Assembly: GCA_021108295.1 (NCBI GenBank)
Contig: JAIORF010000102.1
Coordinates: 7,260-71,259, forward strand
Reading direction: 5' to 3'
From: a bacterium
GTDB lineage: Bacteria > Patescibacteriota > Dojkabacteria > SC72
DNA length: 64,000 nucleotides
Shown here in pieces: positions 37,687 through 47,402 of the stretch. The position numbers and the translations under genes are program-made. Under the pieces are notes generated by a model that saw nothing but the letters and a program-made list of their open reading frames with translations, did no database searches and was not told the DNA's origin. How positions within the stretch are numbered: position 1 is the first letter of the stretch; each line of letters starts with the position of its first letter.

Positions 37687-37718
37687 TTCATCTTTTGTTC
37701 ATTTCTGTTTGTTAAACT
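37686..37718 (+). promoter_or_regulatory. GTTCAT-N5-GTTCAT repeat plus extended -10 upstream of dprA
   Basis: GTTCATcttttGTTCAT-N10-TAAACT. Confidence 0.75.
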
Positions 37719-37723
37719 TAACT

Positions 37724-38557
37724 ATGGAGTTTAATAAGTTTGAAGTGGCATACATGTTACAAAACGAGAGGGTGGGGAGGAAATATATACTAAACTATAT
37801 CCTCTCGCATAAGATGTTTAATATAGATTGTAATGTACTAAAAGACTACAAGAAATCAATAGAAGATTTAGGAATATCCATAATTTCTTGTACTGAACCT
37901 GAATACCCTCATCTACTAAAGGAAATATACGACTACCCATTGATACTTTTCTGTAAGGGAGATAGAAGCCTACTTAATAGGCATATAATCACTATGGTTG
38001 GTACTAGAGAAATGAGTGAATATGGCAAATGGTGTGTGAAATACATACTAGAGAGTATGAGAGAGGAAAACGTTGTAGTAGTGAGTGGTCTAGCCAATGG
38101 AATTGATGCTCAAGTTCATAAAACATGTCTAGATTTAAATATCCCTACAATTGCAGTAGTAGCGGGAGGACTAGATCGGGGATATCCCAAGAGTAACGAG
38201 CAACTATATCAAGAAATTTGTAAAAAAGGACTAGTAATTTCTGAATTTCCACACGGTAGAACAATCGTGAAGGGTATGTTCCCAATGAGAAATAGAATAC
38301 TAGCAGGAATGGCTCTAGCTAGCGTAATAGTAGAGTCTGGAGAGCAGGGAGGCTCATTAATAACTGCAAGACTATCTATAGAGTACGGAAGAGAGACCTT
38401 CTGTATACCTTGTAATATAAACAAATTTGCGTTACAGGGTTGTAACATGCTTTTAGAGAGGGGAGCTGTACCTCTTTTTAGCCCCAAACAGGTGGTTGAA
38501 TTTCTTAGAGAAAGAATAAAAGATTGGTACTGTCCGTATGTCCGAATACGCCAATAG
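37724..38557 (+). CDS. dprA: DNA-processing protein DprA
   Basis: MVGTR, VSGLANGIDA, FPMRNRILAG, GSLITA. Confidence 0.93.
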   Translation: MEFNKFEVAYMLQNERVGRKYILNYILSHKMFNIDCNVLKDYKKSIEDLGISIISCTEPEYPHLLKEIYDYPLILFCKGDRSLLNRHIITMVGTREMSEYGKWCVKYILESMREENVVVVSGLANGIDAQVHKTCLDLNIPTIAVVAGGLDRGYPKSNEQLYQEICKKGLVISEFPHGRTIVKGMFPMRNRILAGMALASVIVESGEQGGSLITARLSIEYGRETFCIPCNINKFALQGCNMLLERGAVPLFSPKQVVEFLRERIKDWYCPYVRIRQ

Positions 38558-38691
38558 GAGGACGCTCCTGCATCTTGTGGGGAATATTTGAACAGATTAG
38601 AGGGGGTGTATAACTGTTGTATAGATTTGACAGGAATAGCAGAGTGTATTCTTGACAATTATATTTTTTGAAGGTATTTTTATTGAAGACT

Positions 38692-40824
38692 ATGGCAAAA
38701 ACTAAAAAAACAAAAACAACTTACAAGAACTTACTACTTGTTGAGTCTCCTGCGAAAGCGAAGACTATTAACAAATACTTAGGATCAGATTTTAAAGTAT
38801 TGGCTACTGTAGGACACATCATAGATTTACCAAAGAGTAGTCTAGCAGTTGATGTGGAGAACAACTACGAACCACAATATGAGACAATATATGGAAAAGG
38901 GAAGATAATACAGGAGCTTAAAAGAGCTGTACCTAAAGGTGGTAATGTATATCTTGCAATGGATTTGGATAGGGAAGGAGAAGCAATTGCTTGGCATGTT
39001 AAGAATGCTCTTAAACTCAAAAATCCTAAGAGGGTTACATTCAACGAAATTACAAAAGATGCTGTAAACAAAGCAGTAGCTGATGCAGGGAAGATAGATG
39101 ATAATCTTGTAGAGGCTCAGAAGGCTAGGAGAATACTAGATAGATTGGTAGGATATAAACTCTCGGAGATCATATGGAAAAAGGTCTGGTATGGACTTTC
39201 TGCAGGTAGGGTACAGTCTGTAGCGCTAAGATTGATTGTAGAGAAAGAAGAAGAAAGGGAAGCTTTCAAATCGGAAGAATTCTGGGACTTTGGTGTCGTA
39301 GTAAAGGATAGCGATGGGAATGATCTAACTGCGAAGTTAAAGACCAAAGATGGTAAGAAATATGTACCTGTAGATTCAAAAGAGGTCAAAGATCTGGAGA
39401 AACTACTAGGAAAATCCAATTACACAGTAGTAGATGTAGTAGAGAGAGAGAGAAAGAAAAGGCCATATCCACCTCTTACGACCTCTAAACTTCAACAGTC
39501 TGGACATATTGCATTTGGTTTTACATCTAAGAGAACGATGGGTATAGCGCAGGCATTGTATCAGGCAGGACATATTACATATATGAGAACTGATTCTACC
39601 AACCTTAGTATGAAGGCAATTAAAGAGATTAGGAAGTTGGTTGGTGAGAAATATGGTAAGGAATATCTTCCAGAGAAGCCAATGTTCTACAAGACCAAGA
39701 GTAAAGGAGCACAGGAGGCTCACGAGGCGATTAGACCAACGAATTTTTCAATGACAAAGGAAGATGTAGCTAAGAAATTTGGTAATGCAGAAGCCAAACT
39801 CTATGATCTAATATGGAGAAGGGCAGTGAGTAGTCAGGTAGCTCCTAAGAGGGCTAAGGTTTTGACAGTAAAGATACAGGCTAAGGATGTAGCAGATCCT
39901 AAGTATATCTTCTCACTTGGTGGTGAGATGACACTGTTTGATGGTTTTAGAAGAATATTGGGCGGTGGTAAGGCACAGGAGGATTTGAGTGAGATTACTA
40001 AGATTGTTAAGGGTGATGAGCTTAAGAAGGTTAAGTTTGAAACAGAGCAGAAATTTACACAGCCTCCTGCAAGGTTTAATGAGGCGAGTTTAGTAAAGAT
40101 GTTGGAGAAATTGGGTATTGGTAGGCCTTCTACATATGCATCTATCATTTCCACCATACAGGCGAGGGGGTATGTAGAGAGGGAGGGTAAGACACTGTTT
40201 CCTACTGATGTTGGTAGGGTTGTTACGAACTTTCTAAGAGGTAGTTTTAAGAGATTGGTTGATTATGAGTATACAGCTAAGGTAGAGGATGAATTGGATG
40301 ATATTGCAGAGGGTAAGATAGATTATGTCCCTTTCATAGATTCACAGTACAAGCCTTTGATGAAGGAGATAAAGGTGGCGGATAAAGAGGTGGATAAGAA
40401 GGATGTAGTCATTTTGGGTAAGGCTAAGGGTGAGAAGTGTCCAGAGTGTAAGGGGAGTATGGTAGTAAGGGTGGGTAGGTATGGTAAGTTTTTGAGTTGT
40501 GCTAAGTTCCCAGAGTGTAAGGGTATGAAGGATCTTTCTGGTGGAGAAGAGGCTTTGGATTTCAAGAAGTATTTTAAGCCTAAGGAGTGTCCTAAGTGTA
40601 AGGCTAAGATGGTACTTAAGAATGGTAAGTATGGTAAGTTTTGGGCTTGTGAGAAGTATCCAGAGTGTAAGACCACTATGCCGATGCTTTTGGTAGAGAA
40701 GTGTCCAGAGTGTAAGGAGCATTTGGTAGAGAGAAGGAGTAAGTGGGGTAAGATATTTATAGGTTGTAGTGGATATCCTAAGTGTAAGTATATTAAGAAG
40801 GCTAAGAAGAAAGAGAAAAAGTAG
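38692..40824 (+). CDS. topA: DNA topoisomerase I with C-terminal zinc ribbons
   Basis: VESPAKAKTI, DLDREGE, SAGRVQS, ITYMRTDS. Confidence 0.97.
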   Translation: MAKTKKTKTTYKNLLLVESPAKAKTINKYLGSDFKVLATVGHIIDLPKSSLAVDVENNYEPQYETIYGKGKIIQELKRAVPKGGNVYLAMDLDREGEAIAWHVKNALKLKNPKRVTFNEITKDAVNKAVADAGKIDDNLVEAQKARRILDRLVGYKLSEIIWKKVWYGLSAGRVQSVALRLIVEKEEEREAFKSEEFWDFGVVVKDSDGNDLTAKLKTKDGKKYVPVDSKEVKDLEKLLGKSNYTVVDVVERERKKRPYPPLTTSKLQQSGHIAFGFTSKRTMGIAQALYQAGHITYMRTDSTNLSMKAIKEIRKLVGEKYGKEYLPEKPMFYKTKSKGAQEAHEAIRPTNFSMTKEDVAKKFGNAEAKLYDLIWRRAVSSQVAPKRAKVLTVKIQAKDVADPKYIFSLGGEMTLFDGFRRILGGGKAQEDLSEITKIVKGDELKKVKFETEQKFTQPPARFNEASLVKMLEKLGIGRPSTYASIISTIQARGYVEREGKTLFPTDVGRVVTNFLRGSFKRLVDYEYTAKVEDELDDIAEGKIDYVPFIDSQYKPLMKEIKVADKEVDKKDVVILGKAKGEKCPECKGSMVVRVGRYGKFLSCAKFPECKGMKDLSGGEEALDFKKYFKPKECPKCKAKMVLKNGKYGKFWACEKYPECKTTMPMLLVEKCPECKEHLVERRSKWGKIFIGCSGYPKCKYIKKAKKKEKK

Positions 40825-40856
40825 TTCATCTTTTGTTCATTTCCCTTTGTTAAAAT
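40824..40856 (+). promoter_or_regulatory. GTTCAT-N5-GTTCAT repeat plus extended -10 upstream of radC
   Basis: GTTCATcttttGTTCAT-N10-TAAAAT. Confidence 0.75.
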
Positions 40857-40861
40857 AGAGT

Positions 40862-41497
40862 ATGTTACCAAGAGAAAAATTCCTTAAAGGTGGTGTAGAC
40901 TATCTATCTGATACCGATTTAATATCTATCCTTGTAGGAAGTGGTATTAAAGGTAAAAACTTTAGAACCATATCCCTAGGAATACTCAAAAAGATTAAGA
41001 AGAACATCAAAGAAGGTCTAGATACAACAATATCTGACCTTACCACTATCGATGGAGTAGGGAGTGTAACCGCTATGCGCATACTCTCTGGTATTGAGTT
41101 AGGAAGAAGAATATATGGCTTGTATATGGGACAAACCACTGTAGTTAAAAACTCTAACCAAGCATATGAACTACTCAAAAGTATGTCTAAATTTAAACAA
41201 GAACACATTGTAGCACTCTACCTTAACTCTAGATTTGAACTACTCGAACAGAGGACGGTAAGGATAGGGGGAGTAGATAGTGCAGGACTACTACCAAGAG
41301 ATGTAATAGGGTATGCATTGGAAAAGAATGCATCTTTTGTAGTACTAGCACACAATCATCCATCTGGAGACTGTACACCAAGTAAAGAAGATATATTGCT
41401 TACACAAAGGTTGAAAGAAGCGATGGACATTGTAGGTATTAATCTCCTAGAACACATTGTAATTGCTAAAGATGGGTGGAGGAGTGTGGAGATTTGA
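40862..41497 (+). CDS. radC: RadC (JAB domain) protein
   Basis: PREK, HNHPSGDCTPSKED, LLEHIVI. Confidence 0.93.
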   Translation: MLPREKFLKGGVDYLSDTDLISILVGSGIKGKNFRTISLGILKKIKKNIKEGLDTTISDLTTIDGVGSVTAMRILSGIELGRRIYGLYMGQTTVVKNSNQAYELLKSMSKFKQEHIVALYLNSRFELLEQRTVRIGGVDSAGLLPRDVIGYALEKNASFVVLAHNHPSGDCTPSKEDILLTQRLKEAMDIVGINLLEHIVIAKDGWRSVEI

Positions 41498-41516
41498 ATG
41501 TGGTATAATTCAACAT

Positions 41517-41771
41517 ATGATAATATTCCACTCAAAACATAACGACAAAGTATACGATATCAAACTTGAGATTAACGCATACATAGACATTAATAAAAAA
41601 GACAAGCAAAAAATAAACAAAGTTGTTCACATACTAAATACACTAGGATGTGAAGAAGAAGAAGAGGTACAATACTACAGCCTTGTATCCGAGCAAGAAG
41701 ATGAAGAACTTCTTTTAGATGTACAATACCGCAAACCAGAAAAAGTTGAAGAAAAGGAGATACAAAGATAA
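41517..41771 (+). CDS. Hypothetical acidic protein
   Basis: ATG 41517 follows TGgTATAAT. Confidence 0.5.
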   Translation: MIIFHSKHNDKVYDIKLEINAYIDINKKDKQKINKVVHILNTLGCEEEEEVQYYSLVSEQEDEELLLDVQYRKPEKVEEKEIQR

Positions 41772-41811
41772 AAGATAGATTCGAAAGATTAGGACTAGAT
41801 CACAAAACCCC

Positions 41812-41922
41812 TTGATATCTACTATACCATTCGTGTATAATTAGCCTGTTAATTAATATATCTCACATATCTCTTGATATATTTCCTTGTAGTAATTTAC
41901 TACCTAAAGAGATAGGTGTCTA
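41812..41922 (+). promoter_or_regulatory. rpsB promoter and structured 5' leader (S2 leader-like)
   Basis: TTGATA-18-TATAAT, then CACaTATCTCTT/AAGAGATAgGTG stem with inner GTAGTAA/TTACTAC hairpin. Confidence 0.55.
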
Positions 41923-41940
41923 AAGGAAAGGATAAACAAT

Positions 41941-43077
41941 ATGAAAGACAAAAAGTCTACAGTCTCAACCAATACCAAGACTAAAAACAAAGGTGTTAAA
42001 ATACCTGAACTAATGAAATTTCTTAAGGCAGGTGCTCATTTCGGTCACAAGACAAGTGCTTGGAACCCTAAAATGAAAAAATATATCTACCAACAAAGAA
42101 ACGGAGTACACATCATTGACCTAATTAAGTCTAAACCAATGCTAGAGAAAGCACTCAATGCAATTGAAGATGCTTCTAACAAAGGATATGTCCTCTTTGT
42201 AGGAACTAAAGGACAAGCAGCTACAATTGTACAAAATAAAGCAGATGAAGTGGGAGCATTCTACATTGTCAAACGATGGCCAGGAGGACTCTTCACAAAC
42301 TTTGGAATTCTTAAAAAAGGTGTCTTCAATTTGCTAAAGATGGAAGAATCTAGAGCAAGTGGAGGAAAAGGTCTCGTTAAAAAAGAGGTCCTCATGATGG
42401 AAAGAAAAGTACAGAGAATGAACAAAATCTACGAAGGTATTAAATTTATGGACAAATTACCAGCACTAGTAATTGTGGTTGACAGTAAAGTTGAGAAGAA
42501 TGCGATAAGGGAAGCTGGAATTGCAGGAATACCAACAGTTGCTCTAGTAGATACCAACTGTGATCCTGACATTGTAGACTACCCAATCCCAGCAAACGAT
42601 GATTCTCTTAAGAGTATTACTCTGTATGTAGAACTCTTCGGTCAAGCAATTAAGAATGGAAGTAAATCTCAAGCCCTAATTGCATTAAGAAAGAACCACA
42701 AAGCTAACCTTAAGAACCTTAATGATAGATATATTGCAGAAAAGGAAAGAGTAGCTAGAATGGAAGAAGAGGAGAGGGTAAGAATGAAGATTCTACGAGA
42801 TGGGAAAACCTTTAGTAAACAAAGTACTGGTGTAGTCAGAGTTGTTAAGAAAAAGAAGAATATAGAAGAAGATATAAAGGCGGCAGAAGCAGTAAAAGCA
42901 AAAACAGACTCAAAGAATATTGAAGAACTAGGCCTTGGAGGAAGAATAGAGAAAGCTCTCATTGCCGAAGGTATTACTACCTTAGAGGGTATTGTTGGAA
43001 AGAGTAAGAAGGATCTTATAGAGATAAAAGGTATTGGTGAAAAAGCAGCAGAAAGTATTCTTAAAGCTATTAAATAA
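41941..43077 (+). CDS. rpsB: 30S ribosomal protein S2 with C-terminal HhH/alpha-CTD-like extension
   Basis: GAHFGH..WNPKM, RWPGG, DTNCDP, PIPANDD. Confidence 0.95.
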   Translation: MKDKKSTVSTNTKTKNKGVKIPELMKFLKAGAHFGHKTSAWNPKMKKYIYQQRNGVHIIDLIKSKPMLEKALNAIEDASNKGYVLFVGTKGQAATIVQNKADEVGAFYIVKRWPGGLFTNFGILKKGVFNLLKMEESRASGGKGLVKKEVLMMERKVQRMNKIYEGIKFMDKLPALVIVVDSKVEKNAIREAGIAGIPTVALVDTNCDPDIVDYPIPANDDSLKSITLYVELFGQAIKNGSKSQALIALRKNHKANLKNLNDRYIAEKERVARMEEEERVRMKILRDGKTFSKQSTGVVRVVKKKKNIEEDIKAAEAVKAKTDSKNIEELGLGGRIEKALIAEGITTLEGIVGKSKKDLIEIKGIGEKAAESILKAIK

Positions 43078-43098
43078 CTTTAATATTTTATTAAAACC

Positions 43099-43809
43099 AT
43101 GTCAGTATCAATTGACGATATTAAAAAATTAAGGGCAAAAACATCTGCAGGTATGGGACTCTGTAAAGAAGCACTAAGTAAGTCAGATGGGGATATGAAG
43201 AAAGCCATTGAGTATATAAATAAGAGAAGTGATGTCATCGGCAGACTACACAATCTCACCGGAGCTAAGATTGGTCTTTGTAAATTAGCACTAGAAGAAA
43301 CAGGTAAAGATTTCGAAAAGAGTGTAGAACTAATTAAAGAAAGAGGTTGGGATGAACCAATTGAACCAGACTGTGAAATAGGTAATGGTGTAATAGAGAC
43401 ATACTTACATGGTGTTGATCAAAGACTGGTATCTCTAGTAGAGGTAGGATGTAAGACAGACTTTGTAGCAAAGAATGATGAATTTAAATCTTTTGTACAC
43501 GAATTAGCCTTACAGGTAGCAGCAATGAAGCCTAAATTTGTGTCCAAAGACTCTATTCCAAAAGAAAAGATTGCAGAACTAACAGATATGTTTACAAAGG
43601 AAGCTCAAGCTGAAGGAAAACCTAAGAATATGTCACCTAAGATTGTAGAAGGTAAAATGAATAAATATCTTAGTGAGAATTGTTTACTTGAACAAAAGTG
43701 GTTCAAGGATGAATCTAAGACTATGAGGAATCTTCTAGATGAGTCCATTACTAAAATGGGAGAGCCTTTAGAAGTAAGAAGAATCCTTGTTTGGGAGTTT
43801 GGGAAATAA
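43099..43809 (+). CDS. tsf: Elongation factor Ts (short form)
   Basis: LRAKTSAGMGLCKEAL, EVGCKTDFVA. Confidence 0.93.
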   Translation: MSVSIDDIKKLRAKTSAGMGLCKEALSKSDGDMKKAIEYINKRSDVIGRLHNLTGAKIGLCKLALEETGKDFEKSVELIKERGWDEPIEPDCEIGNGVIETYLHGVDQRLVSLVEVGCKTDFVAKNDEFKSFVHELALQVAAMKPKFVSKDSIPKEKIAELTDMFTKEAQAEGKPKNMSPKIVEGKMNKYLSENCLLEQKWFKDESKTMRNLLDESITKMGEPLEVRRILVWEFGK

Positions 43810-43829
43810 ATGGTTTTAGGTTTAAAGTG

Positions 43830-43858
43830 AAGGGGAGATTTTATCTCCCTTTTGTTTT
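43830..43858 (+). terminator. Intrinsic terminator after tsf
   Basis: GGGAGAT-ttt-ATCTCCC followed by TTTT. Confidence 0.75.
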
Positions 43859-43905
43859 CTACTGTTTTTTTGTAAAATCTAATATAACTTTAGTTACATA
43901 TAGAT

Positions 43906-44451
43906 ATGGACACAGACAAATTTCAGATAGACTTAGATAAATGTATAGAAGCTTTTAAAGAAGACCTTGCACAAATTAGAACAGGAAGAGCTACACCTGA
44001 GTTGGTGGAAGATATACTAGTAGATGTATACGAGACACTCTTGCCAATAAAGAACTATGCCTCTATAAATGCCTCTGATACTAGATCTCTCCTCATCTCA
44101 CCATGGGATAAAAGTATTCTAGACAATATCTCCAAAGCCATATCAAGTGCTAATATGGGATTCTCTCCAGTCACCGAAGGAGATTGTATTAGAGTAACAA
44201 TCCCTGAACTAACAGAAGAACGAAGAAAAGACTATGTGAAGATTATGAAAGATAGATCAGAAGATGCTAGGATATCAGTAAGAGGTGTAAGACAGAAATA
44301 TATGAAAGAGCTAGATACTATGCAAACAGGAGGCTTCTCGGAGGAAGAAGCAGATAGGATAAGGGTTGGTTTTGAGAAATTGGTAAAGGAATACAATGAG
44401 AAGATAGAAGAAATAAAGAATGCCAAAGAAAAAGATCTAATGACAATCTAA
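43906..44451 (+). CDS. frr: Ribosome recycling factor
   Basis: IRTGRA, PWDK, PELTEERR. Confidence 0.95.
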   Translation: MDTDKFQIDLDKCIEAFKEDLAQIRTGRATPELVEDILVDVYETLLPIKNYASINASDTRSLLISPWDKSILDNISKAISSANMGFSPVTEGDCIRVTIPELTEERRKDYVKIMKDRSEDARISVRGVRQKYMKELDTMQTGGFSEEEADRIRVGFEKLVKEYNEKIEEIKNAKEKDLMTI

Positions 44452-44476
44452 AAGCTTAAATTAATCACTACTCGAC

Positions 44477-45622
44477 ATGGATATAATAATAACAATTCTC
44501 TTACTTATTCTTGTTCTTGGTGTTCTTGTCTTCATACACGAACTTGGTCACTTCCTAGCTGCTAGGATTGTAGGAGCAACAGTATATGAGTTTGCACTAG
44601 GATATGGCCCCAAACTCATATCAAAGAAATATAAAGGAACGCTTTACAGTATTAGATTGTTACCACTAGGTGGTTTTGTAAAAATATTGGGAGATGGAGA
44701 CCCTGGGAAGAAAGGGGAGGAGGAGCTTAGAGAAAAAGACATAGAGGGGGATTTAAAGAATAAGAGTAAACCAGCCCAGATATTTGTAATGTTAGCTGGG
44801 GTATCTATGAATATCCTCTTGGCTATTGTCGCATACTTTGTAGTTTTAGGTTTTAGTAATTGGAAGATAGACCTTTCCTATGAGTTTGAAGACTTCAAAC
44901 CACTAGGAGCGACTATTGTAAGGGAGAGAGATATGGATGTCCCATATCAAGTATTGGAGGACAGTTTGGCAGAATCTTCTGGTATGCCAAAGGAGGGATA
45001 TATCAAAAGTATTAACAATGAATATGTGGAATATGTAGAAGATATCTCTAGACTAATAGAAGGCAATGAGACTGTATTAGTTGAAACATGTGATATGGAA
45101 GAGATATGCAATGAGTATATTGTGAGTGTGGGAGATGATGGGAAAATTGGTATAGCTATTGGTTCTAACTATTACATCTCTGTAGACTACTCTGAGCACA
45201 AAGCTCTAAGTGGGGTTTCTCATTTAATAAATAATGTAAGACTAATCGGCAGAGTATTTGGAGGTTTATTTGAGGAAGCAAGAGAGACTGGGGATTACAG
45301 TTCTCTCTCAGGTTCTGTAGCTGGTCCAGTAGGCATGTTTTTCTTAATTGATTACTTTAAGGACTTGGGTTGGGTACCCTTTATTGCTTTAGTTGCAGAC
45401 CTCTCTCTTTCCTTAGCCTTTATGAATCTACTCCCTATTCCTGCACTAGATGGGGGGAGGGTATTTATACTTGTGGTAGAAGGAGTGTTGAGAAAGGACT
45501 TAGACCCTAAAGTAGAGGCTATTATCATCAATCTTAGCTTCATACTGCTCATGGTATTTATTGTAATTGTAATGATTAAGGATATAGCCAATATTAATGA
45601 GTTGAAAAGTCTGTTTGAATAG
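44477..45622 (+). CDS. rseP: RIP metalloprotease RseP
   Basis: HELGH, PLGGFVKI, NLLPIPALDGGR. Confidence 0.92.
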   Translation: MDIIITILLLILVLGVLVFIHELGHFLAARIVGATVYEFALGYGPKLISKKYKGTLYSIRLLPLGGFVKILGDGDPGKKGEEELREKDIEGDLKNKSKPAQIFVMLAGVSMNILLAIVAYFVVLGFSNWKIDLSYEFEDFKPLGATIVRERDMDVPYQVLEDSLAESSGMPKEGYIKSINNEYVEYVEDISRLIEGNETVLVETCDMEEICNEYIVSVGDDGKIGIAIGSNYYISVDYSEHKALSGVSHLINNVRLIGRVFGGLFEEARETGDYSSLSGSVAGPVGMFFLIDYFKDLGWVPFIALVADLSLSLAFMNLLPIPALDGGRVFILVVEGVLRKDLDPKVEAIIINLSFILLMVFIVIVMIKDIANINELKSLFE

Positions 45623-45656
45623 TATAGATTATTAATAGTAATATTAGCTCTGCCAA

Positions 45657-47357
45657 TTGATGAAAATAAGGATCACTAAAACAGGGAAGATAATTCTCTA
45701 TGTAATACTAGGAATTCTAATCTTGGGCTCTAGTGGTTACCTACTATGGAGAGTAATGCAACCACAAACCATGGCCCCTATAGATAGTGATGCAGGAGGA
45801 GGGGGAGATGGTGGAGGTTGTTGTTTAGCCTCATACGTTAACGGTAGTTGGATGTGTCCAGTTGACACTTGGAAAGCTCGTTGTGACGCGAATCCTAATG
45901 ATAAGGTTGCCTGTTTCTGTAAAAATAAGAGTAAAGTTAATCGCTGTGGAAGTAATCGCTACTGTCTATCATCTAAAAGGAGTGAGGAATCAACATGTAA
46001 TGTGTGTGAGGGAGAACCTTTGCCACAAGATCAAGATTGCTATGGAGGCTCAGACTGTGATGCATGTGCATATCCCAATGTAGGATTTTGTATTAGTGGA
46101 AAGTGTACATGTAAACACTGGAGTACTACTGGACTACCTCAACCATGCGAATCTCCTGGAGAGACCTTCTCATGTAAAGCTTCGTGCCCTTCTGGGCAGG
46201 AAGAGTGTGGAAGTGACCATACAGACTGTACTGAGGTAAGAGAAGATTGTACATGTTCTGTTTGTAAGAATAAGTCATACGCCACCATTTGGTGTAAAGA
46301 TGCTCCTGTCAATGTCTGCTCTGGAGAATCTTGGATAGAGCAACCATCAGGAACGAAAACGTACTGCTCTAAATTTAGTGCAATAGCGGAAGCAAGCGAT
46401 CCAGACGGTATAGATCTAAGTAGTATAAAAGTAACACTAGGAGTAGATACAATCGAGTTGTGTACAGCAAGTCCTACAACCACCTGCTACACTACTGCAG
46501 ACAGTGGGGATAATACAAGAATAAGTGTGAAAATAAATGAATACAAGTGTTTAACTGCAGGTGAGTACATACTGAACATTAACTGGAGTGATAGCCTGGG
46601 TGCAAGTGGGGACGACTGTGCACTAAGTACGACCTTTGAGATGGCAGAACAAGCCAAGGGAAGCTGTGGAGACGGAATACTAGATAGTGCTGGAGGTGAA
46701 CAATGTGAACTAGGTGATCCAGATGGATATCAGTGTAGCTGGGAGACATGTAACCAAACTACATGTATATGTCCAAGCACTAACCCAGAGTGGAGCATCT
46801 CTAAAGTAGGTGTAGAAAGCTGTATAGAAGACGGAGAGAGTGTTGAGGGAAGATCTACATACACAATTACAGTAACTAATATTGGAGACGCACAAGGGAA
46901 TATAGATAGGCTAGTAGATAATCTTGACAACAAAGTAATAGCAAGTTACTTGGAAAACATCTCTGGTGTAGGAGCATACACTAACGGACAAATAACATGG
47001 GACTTAGAAGGAGATGATGAAATCTTTGGAGTAGGAGAAACTCAAACATTCACATACTACATACAGGTACCATCTAGTGCATTTGGTACATACGAGAACA
47101 CAGTAACCGCATATCCAAGTGAAGGAGAAAGCTTCTCTGCGCAAGAAACAGTAGTAATAGATTGTGAGATAGAAGGTGAAATACCACAAACAGGCCTTTT
47201 TGATAGCAGTATGGCTAAAATCATTGCAGGAATGGTATTAATTCTTGTAGGTGCTACTTGGAACAAGGTGAACTTCACTCTAGACTTTACTGTAAAAGAC
47301 TACGTATCGGATCGAAGAATAAAAAGATTTGAAAACAAGGTAGCAAAGAAGAAGTAG
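45657..47357 (+). CDS. Cys-rich surface protein with Ig/DUF11-like domain and IPQTG-TM tail
   Basis: N-terminal TM, Cys-rich region, CGDG..EQCE repeat, YTITVTNIG, IPQTG followed by hydrophobic and basic tail. Confidence 0.7.
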   Translation: MMKIRITKTGKIILYVILGILILGSSGYLLWRVMQPQTMAPIDSDAGGGGDGGGCCLASYVNGSWMCPVDTWKARCDANPNDKVACFCKNKSKVNRCGSNRYCLSSKRSEESTCNVCEGEPLPQDQDCYGGSDCDACAYPNVGFCISGKCTCKHWSTTGLPQPCESPGETFSCKASCPSGQEECGSDHTDCTEVREDCTCSVCKNKSYATIWCKDAPVNVCSGESWIEQPSGTKTYCSKFSAIAEASDPDGIDLSSIKVTLGVDTIELCTASPTTTCYTTADSGDNTRISVKINEYKCLTAGEYILNINWSDSLGASGDDCALSTTFEMAEQAKGSCGDGILDSAGGEQCELGDPDGYQCSWETCNQTTCICPSTNPEWSISKVGVESCIEDGESVEGRSTYTITVTNIGDAQGNIDRLVDNLDNKVIASYLENISGVGAYTNGQITWDLEGDDEIFGVGETQTFTYYIQVPSSAFGTYENTVTAYPSEGESFSAQETVVIDCEIEGEIPQTGLFDSSMAKIIAGMVLILVGATWNKVNFTLDFTVKDYVSDRRIKRFENKVAKKK

Positions 47358-47402
47358 AATGTGATATAATCCAACCGGTTACATTAATTAATAGAGATAA
47401 AC

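Noticed and set aside
40432-40790. Repeated AAGTGTCCAGAGTGTAAG motifs in topA
   Set aside because: They encode the repeated CPEC zinc-ribbon units.
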